A stretch of DNA of 64,000 nucleotides from contig NC_058368.1 of assembly GCF_018350175.1 (NCBI RefSeq), forward strand, positions 142,230,001-142,294,000, in the 5' to 3' direction. This document shows positions 33,693 to 44,946 of the stretch, one piece after another (position 1 is the stretch's first letter; each line of letters begins with the position of its first letter). Both the position numbers and the translations under genes were made by a program. This DNA is from Felis catus (lineage: Eukaryota). The notes beneath the pieces were generated by a model. The model worked only from the letters and a program-made list of their open reading frames with translations. It ran no database searches and was not told where the DNA came from.

Positions 33693-33979
33693 GATTCAGA
33701 AGCTGGTCTTCCTTCTCCACATGGGCTAGGAATTATATTCAAAGACTTAAGATGCTGAGGAGGAAATTGTAGATCTTTAAAAACTGCATGGACTTCACAT
33801 GAGAGCCAGACTCTTAGGATTTTGAAATAAATCTGTTTTTAGGGTAGAGTCACAGTGTATGTCTTGGTGCTCTTTTTGTTTCTTGTGTCAACTGTACATA
33901 AATGTTTCCTGCTAAATGCTATATGACACTGGAAAAATATTATACCATCTAATGTTTTCTAAAGTGGTACTTTGTGAAC

Positions 33980-34093
33980 TTTTTTTTAAGAAGATTTTAT
34001 TTTTAAGTGATCTCTACACCTAATGCTGGACTTGACCCCACAACCCTAGATCAAGAGTCATGTGCTCTACTGACTGAGCCAGCCAGGTGTCCC
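33980..34093 (-). mobile_element. Short CanSINE variant
   Basis: aagtgatctctacacctaa...gactgagccagccaggtgtccc. Confidence 0.88.
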
Positions 34094-34274
34094 TACTCTG
34101 GGGAAATTTTTAAAAATGCAAAGCTTGGCTTTCAAAGTTGTATGAATAGAGGATTGTAGAGATGTAGTATTAGATTTGTAAAACATTTATTAAAAGAACA
34201 GATAATTTTCTTTATTATGAAACTAAAGAGTCACACATATTTGTCCTAATGTAAATTTTATTTTTAATTTGCAG

Positions 34275-34403
34275 GCAGAAAAAATAATTGGCCACCTCTT
34301 CCTGGCAATTTTCCTGTGGGACCTTGTTTTTATCAGGATTTTTCTGTAGACATTCCTGTAGAATTCCAGAAGACAGTAAAGATTATGTACTACTTATGGA
34401 TGT
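34275..34403 (+). CDS. SCAMP1: SCAMP1 coding exon (exon 5; (G)[42 protein letters not shown])
   Basis: Acceptor tttgcAG (34273-34274), donor GTgagt (34404). 129 nt, phase 1-1. NNWPPLP and PCFYQD are SCAMP signatures. Confidence 0.97.
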
Positions 34404-35944
34404 GTGAGTATACAATAATTATTTACTTGTTCAACAGAGTTCATGTTTTATTGTCAAAAACCACCTTTTTTGGAATCTGTATATTAAGGATATTATTATA
34501 AACAGGTCTTTTTCTATAGCTCTTAATTTTCAGAGTGGAACACACTTAGATACCTCAAAATTGCAATTTATGTGACATTCTAAGCTAAGGAGAACTGGCA
34601 TTCTTTTGAGGAAAGGACTTCTCTGTCACATATATATATTTCTTGAGGTAAAAGGAATAGGTGCAAAATACTATATAGATAATATTTGTTTTAGAAAATT
34701 ATGTCTACTATTTTTATACAAATGAAGGCCATTTAAAAATTCTGTTGAAGCGTTAGGACTATTTTTAAAAGGGCCTTAAAGTATTGGAATATTAGAATTT
34801 TTCTTAGAGCTTTGAGCACAGTTTACTTTTCATTTTTAGGTGGTTATAAGCACTTTTATTATTGGAAGTACCTAGTTAATGTAGGATATTTTACTGAATA
34901 GAACATTAGGACATAGGTTTTAGGCTGTGATGCTTGCATTGCTTTGAGTATAACTACAACTTATGGAATACTCAAAATGTCAAGCTGTTAACAATTTGTT
35001 CTGTGTACACAGAATTCCCACTTACTCTGTTTCACTTTTATTCCAAATGTTAGTCTAAGCCCCACTTAATACTATGTTAGTAGGACAGGTATAGCTGTCA
35101 TGAACATTCACCTGCCTAACTGTTGGGTTAATGGATAATTTGTAGTGTACATTCTTGATGGAGGAAATTTATGTGTTAGTATGTTATTAGGGAGCTTTTT
35201 TCCCCCTCCCCTAAATAAACGAGACCATTTTCCTCAAAATCTTGAGGAGCATTCTTCACATAGGTGAAGTTGCTTTAGACTGTGAGTAGCGGTTTCTTAT
35301 GGATACTACCTTCTTAACTCTTAGTTTCTCTTTGAAATTTCGTTGTTGTTGTAGTATCTTTTGCTAAATCCCCAGTGTCCATAGTGTTGTATACTTTTAA
35401 TACTAAAGGTTTTGGTTTTGTATGTGTATGTATAAACAGATCATGTATTTTATTTATTCAATATATAATATATGCATTTATTTAATAATTAGTTTTTAAT
35501 GGGCAGACATTGGCCTAGCATTTTTAGGTATAGGTTCTTTGACTTAGTGGAAAAACATAGTTTGGATGGGAGAGGTGGGGGTTGGAAGAATATTCTGCAA
35601 GGAATTTGGTAAATAGAGATTGAATGGGAAAGGTGATTAATTTTAACTGAGTGGCTAACTAAAGTGCTAGTTGTTTAGAGTTAGGCGTGTTTTGTTTTAT
35701 AAATTTATCACTTTCTGAGGTTTTTAGAAGTAATACAGTATCTCTTAATCCTGTTGAGTTGACAGATCTCTTAACTTTATTTAAAGAGGACTCATTATAT
35801 GAAGAAGCATCTAGAAACATCTAGTACCAGCTCAGTAATCTTTTTAGATTTCATAGAATGGGGATACTTTTAATAAGCTGTTTTCAAGTAGGGTCAACCT
35901 GTTAATGATTTCAGAGTTGACTAGTGCTTTCACACTGTAGTAGT

Positions 35945-36195
35945 AATTATAATGAAAGAGAACGTTTATTGAGGATTTATTTGTGCCAGGAACACTGCAA
36001 ATCACTTTGTATACATGATGTTATTAACTCCTAACTATACTGTGAAACAGGTACTGTATTATCTAGTTTTATGAATAAGGAAACCAAAGCTTGGAGAATT
36101 TGAGTAACTTGTTCAAGATTACACAGAAATTAGGGTGGCAGTTGGATAGCTTGATTCTGGAGTCCAGAATATAGAATTCAATGTTATGCCACCTA
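35945..36195 (-). mobile_element. MIR
   Basis: aacgtttattgag...gtgccagg...aggaaaccaaagcttggagaatttgagtaacttgttcaagattacacag. Confidence 0.8.
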
Positions 36196-36390
36196 CAAAG
36201 TACCAAAATGAAGACGTAATTCACATTTTAAACCCAAATAAGATGAAGATATACTTTGAAAGGTTCTTTTCTTGAAACAAATAATTTTACTCTATAAAGG
36301 TATTGAAGCAATTAGAATGATCACATGAAATGAATCTTAACCTTTTTGAGTATATTCTTGAATTAAAAAAAAAGGAAAACAAGTCCTTCA

Positions 36391-36598
36391 TTTTATTTAT
36401 TTATTTATTTATTTTTGAGAGAGACAAAGATGGTGTGAGTGGGGGAGGGCAGATAGAGAGGGAGACAGAATCCCAAGCAGGCTGTATGCTTATCAGCACA
36501 GAGCCTGATGTGGGGCTTGAACTCATGAAACCAAGAGATCATGAGCTGAGCCAAAACCAAGAATCAGACGCTGAACCAACTGAGCCACCCAGGTGCCT
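36391..36598 (-). mobile_element. CanSINE
   Basis: (TTTA)n tail, standard body. Confidence 0.92.
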
Positions 36599-36705
36599 CA
36601 TCAAGCCTTTTAAAGTTCATTTAGTGAAGATAATTATCCTGTTTAAAAGCTGTTTATGTTAGGTGTCTATGTTGTAATGCAGAGCTTATCAAGAAGTGTA
36701 TTGTT

Positions 36706-36880
36706 GGGGCACCTGGGTGGCTCAGTTGGTTTAGTGTCTGACTTCAGCTCAGGTCATGAACTCCCAATTCATGAGTTTGAGCCCCATTTCAGGGTCTGTG
36801 CTAACCCTCCAGGTTAGGGCCTGGAGCCTGCTTCACATTCTCTGTCTCCCTGTCTCTCTGCCCCTCCCCTGTTCGTTCGT

Positions 36881-36917
<37 letters not shown>

Positions 36918-36943
36918 AATAAACATTAAAAAAATTAAAAAAA
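36706..36943 (+). mobile_element. CanSINE
   Basis: ggggcacctgggtggctcag head, (CT)n tract, A tail. Confidence 0.93.
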
Positions 36944-37713
36944 TATATATTGTAGTGATAGTTGTAAATTTAGGTCCACCAATAGCAGATTTGAGTGCTT
37001 AATAAAGCATATGGAAATAACGTATGAAGTAGAGTCATTCAACTTGGAAATCATGTAAAGAAAATGCCCGAAAAGTTTCTTTAAATGTTACATGTACACC
37101 TGGAATTCACCAAGTGGATTGGAATGGGATTGAAATTAGGAATATAGAATCATGTATTTCACATTGCCTTGCCTTTCTATATATTTTCGTGATCACTGTA
37201 TAAGTGGACTGATTGTTTAGTAAGTAGGCCTGAACATTTTACTTTATTTTGGGATACAAATAAGTGATTTATTTATCATGGTTTTTGGTTACTATGAAAC
37301 ATTCAGAAAAAAATGTTAATAGATTGCCAAAAATTAAATTATATTTGATCTATATTTGGAAGAATTTTTATGAACTTTAAATACACATATCCATATTGTT
37401 TCTTTCTTTAAGTGAATTAGGAGATAAAACTTTAAAAATTATTTCTCTTAAGATTGAAATTTAAATTAAAGTGTTGTGAATATTTCAAACTTTTCTTAGG
37501 CAGTTGGATGCTCTTTAGTGTTAAAAAATAATAATTTTCCGTTTCATGGTATTTTAAAATCTGCTTTTAAGCCATTGACAGAACAGCTTTTATTTTGAAC
37601 CAAAAGGTCTTGAGTAAATTTATAAGTAAGCTAGCTTTTCTGAGTTAGAAATCCTAATGGTAATAAAGTTAATTTTGAATAGTTTTCTCTGTGTAATAGA
37701 GCAGAGTGGAGGC

Positions 37714-37907
37714 TTTTTTTCTTTATTTATTTTGAGAGAGAGAGTGTGAGCGAGGGAGAGACAGAAAGAGGGAGAGAGAGCATCCCAACTAGGCTTCACA
37801 TTCAGCACAGAGCCCGACTTGGAGCTTGATCCCATGAACCGTGAGATCATGACCTGAGCCGATATCAAGAGTGCAACACTTAAATGACCAAGCCAACCAG
37901 GTGTCCC
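37714..37907 (-). mobile_element. CanSINE
   Basis: Standard body. Confidence 0.9.
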
Positions 37908-37914
37908 TGGAATT

Positions 37915-38171
37915 TAATTTTTATTTATTTACTTATTTGTTTAATGTTTAAAAAACATTGTTTAAATGTTTAATTTTGAGAGAGAGTAAGCCAGCGAGCA
38001 GTGCTCATGTGTGTGTGGAGGAGGGCCAGAGAGAGAGAATAAGAGAATCCCAAGGAGGCTCTGTGCTGTTAGTGCAGAGCTCAAAGCAGGGCTGGATCTC
38101 TTGAACCCATGAGATCATGACCTGAGCAGAAATCAAGAGTTGGATGCTTAACTAAGCCATCCAAGCGCCCC
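37915..38171 (-). mobile_element. CanSINE
   Basis: Standard body, in tandem with the previous copy. Confidence 0.9.
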
Positions 38172-38459
38172 TATAATGGAATTAGAAATGTGGAAGAGCT
38201 CCTGTTTATCTTCAGATGAGAAATGGAAACAGAGGTTGATTAGCTCATTAGTTTATCTGTATAACCTAGGTGTCTTTACTTTTCTGCTAGCCCTCTTACT
38301 GTAGAGTTTGTGTATTTATCTAGTTGTTAAGGCAAATTCAGAGGCATACCAGGATGTGTGTTTTTATCTTGTTTTATTAATATGTTTAAAAAAAACATTT
38401 AAAAGATTTTAAAGTTTTTATTGTAAGTTGAGATTTTCATATTTAGATTTACTAGCTTA

Positions 38460-38678
38460 TTTCTTTATTTTTTAGTGTTTGTTTATTTTGAGAGAGTCAG
38501 AACTCGAGTGGAGGAGGGGCAGAGAGAGAAGGAGAGAGGGAGAATCCCAAGAAGGTTCCACAGGGTTCAGTGTGCAGAGAGACTGAGGCACAGGGCTCCA
38601 GCTCACAAACTGTGAGATCATGACCTGAGCCACGATCAAGAGTCAGATGCTTAACTGGCTGAGCTATTCAGCCACCCC
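38460..38678 (-). mobile_element. CanSINE
   Basis: Standard body. Confidence 0.9.
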
Positions 38679-39625
38679 TCGTTTATTTTTAATTCAAGTA
38701 GTAGTGTATTGGCATATTTTTGTTGTATTGGTAGTTTACACTGAACATTATTTTAACTTTTGAAAAAAATTTATTTCCTTTAATGCAGCCTGTGAATAAA
38801 TTTTTTAAATCCTTTTAAAAAGTTACTAATTATAACGGGTAAATGTAGTTCTTTAGGATCAAAGCATAGTTACATGATACTCACACTCTTTGGTTTAGGT
38901 CTGTCAGGAAATGTAATTTTTAACAACATATAAAAAGAGTTTTCCATTGACTGTGTTGAGTAAAAGAAAGGTCTGCCACAGCAGCTGAAATGCATTATGG
39001 TATACCTTTAAAAATTTTTTAAAATCCTCTACCAAAACATCATTTTTACCCCAGCACTTGGAAAAATGGATAATTCTATGAAGATGAATAATCCTTAGAA
39101 ATCGACTATATAGTCCCTGATAATACTACTGTATTAGTGTTTTCAATTCAGTGATTCTAATGAATTTTATTGCTTGAAAATTTTATAACGAGATTGCACA
39201 GGGCACTTGTCAAGTTTTCATTCTTTTGTCTACTCTGGGAGGAGTCTGCAGCCCCACTGTGTAAAAATGTAATTCTTCGTGTAGTAGGATCTTTTTCCTC
39301 CCAAGACCTGGTTCTTTTCCTGGCAAGGCCTTGAATCAGCAGACACAGCACATGGTTCCTTCTCAAGAAAGAATCCCATAAGGCACTGCTTCTCTTGTAA
39401 TGGCCCATTAGGAGAGGGACAAAAGAATTTTTAGGACTTTTTATCCTGTGTATACTGTTTGCAAATCAAAAGTGTAAGAAACAGCAATGTTTTGAAAAAT
39501 ACTAAATGGAAACATGGGGTAGAATACAATTTGCTCTTGGAAGAATTTTTTCATTTACATTTTTTGTTGAATTAATTAATAAATGGAATGTAAACATTTT
39601 TCTATTTTGTTTTTTGATTCCACAG

Positions 39626-39785
39626 TCCACGCTGTAACACTGTTTCTAAATATCTTCGGATGCTTGGCTTGGTTTTGTGTTGATCCTACAAGAGGGGTTG
39701 ATTTTGGATTGAGTATCCTGTGGTTCTTGCTTTTTACTCCTTGTTCATTTGTCTGTTGGTACAGACCACTTTACGGAGCTTTCAG
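39626..39785 (+). CDS. SCAMP1: SCAMP1 coding exon (exon 6; (F)[52 protein letters not shown](R), TM1-TM2 plus E-peptide)
   Basis: Acceptor ttccacAG (39624-39625), donor GTaaaa (39786). 160 nt, phase 1-2. Contains the [12 protein letters not shown]-peptide. Confidence 0.97.
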
Positions 39786-40723
39786 GTAAAATGTGTGTAT
39801 TTTAAAATATACTCTTTAAAACTTGTGAAGTAAATAGTTTGTAATTAACCTTACATATTTTGAGAAGGCAAATTGACACGTTTTCATTAAAATTTTTATT
39901 GTATAACATACATTCAGATAAGTCCATATATAACATGCCTCTGTAGTCATTAGGTTTTGTGAATCACAAAATACCATTCATTTCTCCCACTTGAGAAAAA
40001 GATTAATCATGAAAATAAATGCAGGATAAATAAGAGTAGTCTTATATCTCAACATTTGTAGAGTATTCTATTCCGTATGATACATGTGACTTTAAGGAAG
40101 ATTTTGCTCTTTGTTTCCCCTTCAAAAAAAAAACCACAAGTGGTGATTTACAGTCTGATTCTTAAATGAACCTATGTAAGGTCAGTATACATGGGATATT
40201 TAAAGTAAGTCACTTTCACCTAGTAAGTGAAATTTTACCTAACAAGGTAATTATTTTTTTCTGTGTAAATTCATTTCAGCTTTTCAAAAGGCAGCCACAT
40301 TTGAAAACAATTAACATTATAAGATTAAGTATAATATTTTGCATGATACATTTTAATTAATGGTTAGGATTAACGTTTCCAAAATGCTTGTTCTATGAGG
40401 TGTTCATAGGTGTTGCTGAAAAAGGGACTCATTAGCTTAAGTTTGGAAAAACTGGAAAATAAAATTTATTCATTTTGGATTTCTTAGATTCTTTTAAGAG
40501 CCTAGTGTGGTTTGTGATTTGACTATGAAACCATTATTATTATTATTATTTTTTTGTGGAACACCTTGTTGAACTATTCCTTTAAGAAATAAACACTGGG
40601 AAGTGCTGATTTAGATAAACGTTCTGTATGAGTCCATATACTCAATCATTTATCAACTTATTTTTGAGTCAACTTGTTTGTAAGTAATGAACCTTTTTCA
40701 GCTCTCAAGAATGAGGGTTGGCA

Positions 40724-40781
40724 TTATTAGGAAATATGTATGTATTGTGCAGTTATTAGGAAATATGTATGTATTGTGCAG
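40724..40781. repeat. Perfect 29-bp tandem duplication ttattaggaaatatgtatgtattgtgcag
   Basis: Identical copies at 40724-40752 and 40753-40781. Confidence 0.95.
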
Positions 40782-43749
40782 ATGTTATACTGGAAAAATT
40801 GGGGGGCCACATTCAGTTGTTTTTTGTTTTTTGTTTTCCATTTTAACATAGAATTTCTTTGATTAACCGGAGTGTGTATTCCTTCTGCATGGAATTAGAA
40901 ACACAGATATGTAAACAGATGGGGGTGAAAAAACAACCCAGAAGGAAAAGGGAGAAGATGAGGGAATTTGGAGAGAAAGGGGATTATTTAACAGAAAACT
41001 AAAATGGTTAAAAATGGAATGAAAGGAAGAAAATAGATGGAAGGAGGAAAAGGAAGAAAGAATCTTTGGATACGTTGGAATATGGGAGCTTGGTTAAATG
41101 GGGAGAGGTGACCCCTCTGGATGTCGGTTGGGGAGGGAAAACAAAAAAAAGAAACTGTTTACTCTTTCCATGATATAGGAAGAGAGTTACTGTTGCTCTC
41201 TTCCTTGTTACCTAAGCCTGGCTCACAAGGTTTTTTAATTTTTTGACATCTGGCTTTGGCTTCTGCCAGCCTACTTCCATCACATTACTAAGGTATTTGT
41301 AATGATGCTGGTGGGTAGGAATGGAATTGTCTTTGAGACTTTAAAAGTGATGTGAGACTAATGACTTTGGATTTTAAACCTTCTATGATTAATGTAGCCA
41401 AAGCAAACTACTAAAAGTTAGCTTTCTGCCTTTTATTACTTGAAGTCATTTGGTTCCTTTGCTTTGCTTTCTTTGCTAGTTGAAGTAAAAATGCTTTGTG
41501 GAACATTTTTACTTCTGTCATTACTAATCTGTAGGTTAAGTTCTTAGCTGCATCTCAGTCCTTTAGAGTTTATTCCACATATGTTAATTATCTAGGTTTT
41601 ATGTTCAGAGCAGAACTGAGAGGAATAATACTTAATAGGGAAAGTTGAAATTAAAGTATTTTGAATCATTAGGATACCTTCTCAGTATGTAACTTTGGCA
41701 TTTCTTTCATCCAGATTGCCAAGTGTTTCTGAGCCAAAGTCTTTCCTGCAGTTTCTGACAGATCTTTCCTTTAAATGTGAAAATCTCAAACCCAGATACA
41801 TTAGATATGATTACTGATATTAAATATATGGCTTTAAATAGACTTTACCTTTCACATAAATGCTTTGAGATCAGTTTTGACAGGGATTATTGCCTTTGAG
41901 AAAGGGCAGAGTCAATATGCAAGTGTTTCATATTTTGCTTCAAGACTGATTAAGAAATGAAAACAAGCATCTGAGCATATTATGTAGGTCTATAGAAAAT
42001 GGGTAACTAATACTTTTTAGGCCAAGCTCACATGTTTTTCAAAAGAAGATGTTATTGAAAGCTTTTAGTTTTCATTAATCAGACTCTAAAGTGAAGCTAA
42101 TGTGCTTTTTAAAAGTTTTCAAGTTTTACTCTTCACTGGCTAATGATATTTTTGCCTCTTCTGCCATAAAATTATTTAAATATCTACTGAATTTTGTTCC
42201 TTTAGGTTTCTCTAGAAGTGAAGAAAAGAATAGCAGTATGAAAAATATGTCAGGGACTGATTTTAGAATAAACCAGTCATTACAGACATACAAGTTAGGG
42301 GGCATTTGGTTTGAGAATGTGACCAGATTTATTTTTAAGTTGTGCAGTGAATTGATTTTTTTCATGTAGACGATGGTAACTCTTAAGTATTGAGAGTAAC
42401 TGTTAGCTTTGTGGTGGAGTGCTAAAAATAACTAGAGGACATATCAGGAAGTCTTTATATCTAGAATGCAATAGAAATGTTGTCCCTTACTCAGTTGGAG
42501 TTGGATTTTTAATTGCCATTTGTGGTTTATCTCTTTTGCTTCCCTGTTGACTCACAGAGTAAAAGTAAATAATTCAGTATCTCAAGAAATTTCTTTATAA
42601 AGGTTAACAGTTAAGTTTGTTATCAAGAATTTGTTGTAATTTGTTTAATAATACAATGGCTGAGTATATTAACTCTGAGAAGAAAAATATAATTGTTTTA
42701 ACTGAATTATAAAATGCCTTTAGGTTGAATTAAAGTATTTGATAATACTCTTAAAGCCCAGTGGAAAATTTAAATCTACATTTAAGTGATTATATCCAGT
42801 AATCACATATAATAAATTATACTGATAATTACATATAATTTTAAAATGTGATAAAGGTAGACTCTACTTAGCAACAGTCATCATTTAATTGGTTATTATG
42901 CTTGAGAAGTTGATTTTCCAGTGTCATCTGAGCTTCTGTTTCAGTATTTCATTTTCAGGCTCATTATTGAATTCACTGGATTCTTTCAGAGAGCTATTTA
43001 TATTAAAATACATAACATTTTCCAACTGCTTTACAGTCATGAAATATCCTAAGGTTAAATAAATCATCCCTTGAACATTGGCCATATACTAAGCTGAAGA
43101 TAATAAAGAAGACATGCTACTTTGCCCCTAGAAATGTATAATATAAATGATTTAAAAGTAGGCTTTTCTGAAACTTTGGCTAGCAAAATTTATATATAAA
43201 AATTGAATGATATTCAATACCCCCCCCCCCCCAAATACTTGAATTCTAAAGGAATTTAATACTGGTGACATACCTTATGATATATCTCAACATATAAGAT
43301 CGGGTAATTTCAAGTTAGTCTTCTTCGATTACCTTTTCGAGGATTTAAGTTTTTAATAGATATTTTTGTCTGAAACTGGGGGAAAAAAACCAACAACCCT
43401 GCTTTTATTGGCACCATTGGAATAGAATGTTCATGAAAAAGATGGTTTTCAAACTGTATAAAATATTATTCTGTATGACTTATCTTAGTTTTCCACTAAG
43501 AAGCTAGTTTTACTAATATGCTTATAGGACTTAGTCCTTCCATAAGGTTATCCTTCTGCCTGAATCTGAAGGACAGTGTAGAGAAGTCTCAAATATATTT
43601 GCTTTTAAAAGTTAAGTTTATTAGCTATCAGAATTAAATCTAGAATTATCATTTACATATTTTAAAAAGATTGTAACTTTGTTTTTAATTTTAGGCTTCC
43701 ACAAATGACTAAGCATTATGTAAATACTTTAAAATATTAGGTTATTATT

Positions 43750-43980
43750 AATGAGGCAGTGTTTTGTTGAAAAACTTAATTACTGGAAACAGACTGAGAA
43801 GGGTGAGGATCCTGGCATCTCCAGTTAAAAGTTGTGAGCTCCTAGGAAAATGCAGTAAAATCTTAGTACCTCAGTTTATGGAATGTAAACACAGGTTGAT
43901 ATTTGCAGAGTTGATAAGATGATTAGAAGTAATACTTGCAAAATATTAGATTTATAGGTTGTCAACAAATGGTGGCTGGA
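43750..43980 (+). mobile_element. MIR, degenerate
   Basis: gatcctggcatctccagtt...tgtgagctcctagg...tacctcagttt...tgtaaa...aacaaatggtggct. Confidence 0.6.
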
Positions 43981-44287
43981 ATTAATGTTTTACTTTTGTG
44001 TTTTGTTTGATTTTATCATTTACTTTTGATCTGTAAAACTGTTATTTGTTATAAATCATCTTTCACTGCTTTTAGTTCATTGTCCACTGGTGCCCTAGTC
44101 TGAGCTAAAGGAAATAATAATTGACACTAAGATGTGTGTAGAAAGTATGACAATCTAGTCTTTTAATCAGGAGTTTTTTGTCTTATGACTGATTTATATC
44201 TGCCATCTATTTTTATGTACTACTTACTATATAAAACATATTTATTATATCCCTTTTTCTTTCTTTGCCTTTTAGATTAATAAATTC

Positions 44288-44480
44288 TTTTGGGGGGGGG
44301 GCGGGGAGAAAGAGCACATGCGTGTGAGCAAGGGAGGGTCTTAGGAAGAGAGAATCTTAAGCAGGCTCAGTGACCATCATGAAGCCCCACAAGGGGCTCA
44401 ATCTCACAAACGAGATCATGATCTGAGCTGAAATCAAGGATTGGATGGATGCTTAACCAACTGAGCCACTCCGGCACCCC
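44288..44480 (-). mobile_element. CanSINE
   Basis: TSD aataa(a/g)ttct. Confidence 0.88.
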
Positions 44481-44730
44481 AATAAGTTCTATTTTTTTTA
44501 ATTTGTATTTTTTCTCTGTGGTTCATTTGTTTATATATAAGTCTACTGGCAATGAATTCCCTCAGATCTTTTTTTGTGTGTGATTCAAAACATGTTCATT
44601 TCCACTTTATTGAGGTGTAATTGACGAAATTATAATACATTTAAAATGTACATTGTGATGTTGTGATAGTCATATGTTGTGAGACAATTCCCACATTGGA
44701 TGAACACGTCCATCACCTCACATATTTACC

Positions 44731-44946
44731 TTTTTTTTTTTTTCCCAAACGTCTATTTTTGAGAGAGAGGGAGAGAGAGCATGAGTGGGGAATGAGTAGA
44801 GAGCGAGGGAGACACAGAATCCGAAGCTGGCTCCATGCTCTGAGCTATCAGCACAGAGCCTGACACGGTGCTCAAACTCATAAATCATGACATCGTGACC
44901 TGAGCTGAAGTCGGACACTTAACTGACTGAGCCACCCAGGTGCCCC
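44731..44946 (-). mobile_element. CanSINE
   Basis: Standard body. Confidence 0.92.

Noticed and set aside
39583..39625. N-terminal part ([15 protein letters not shown]) of ORF 39583-39789, and likewise the C-terminal tail of ORF 34316-34501
   Set aside because: These are intronic read-through around real exons. The splice sites define the exons as 39626-39785 and 34275-34403.
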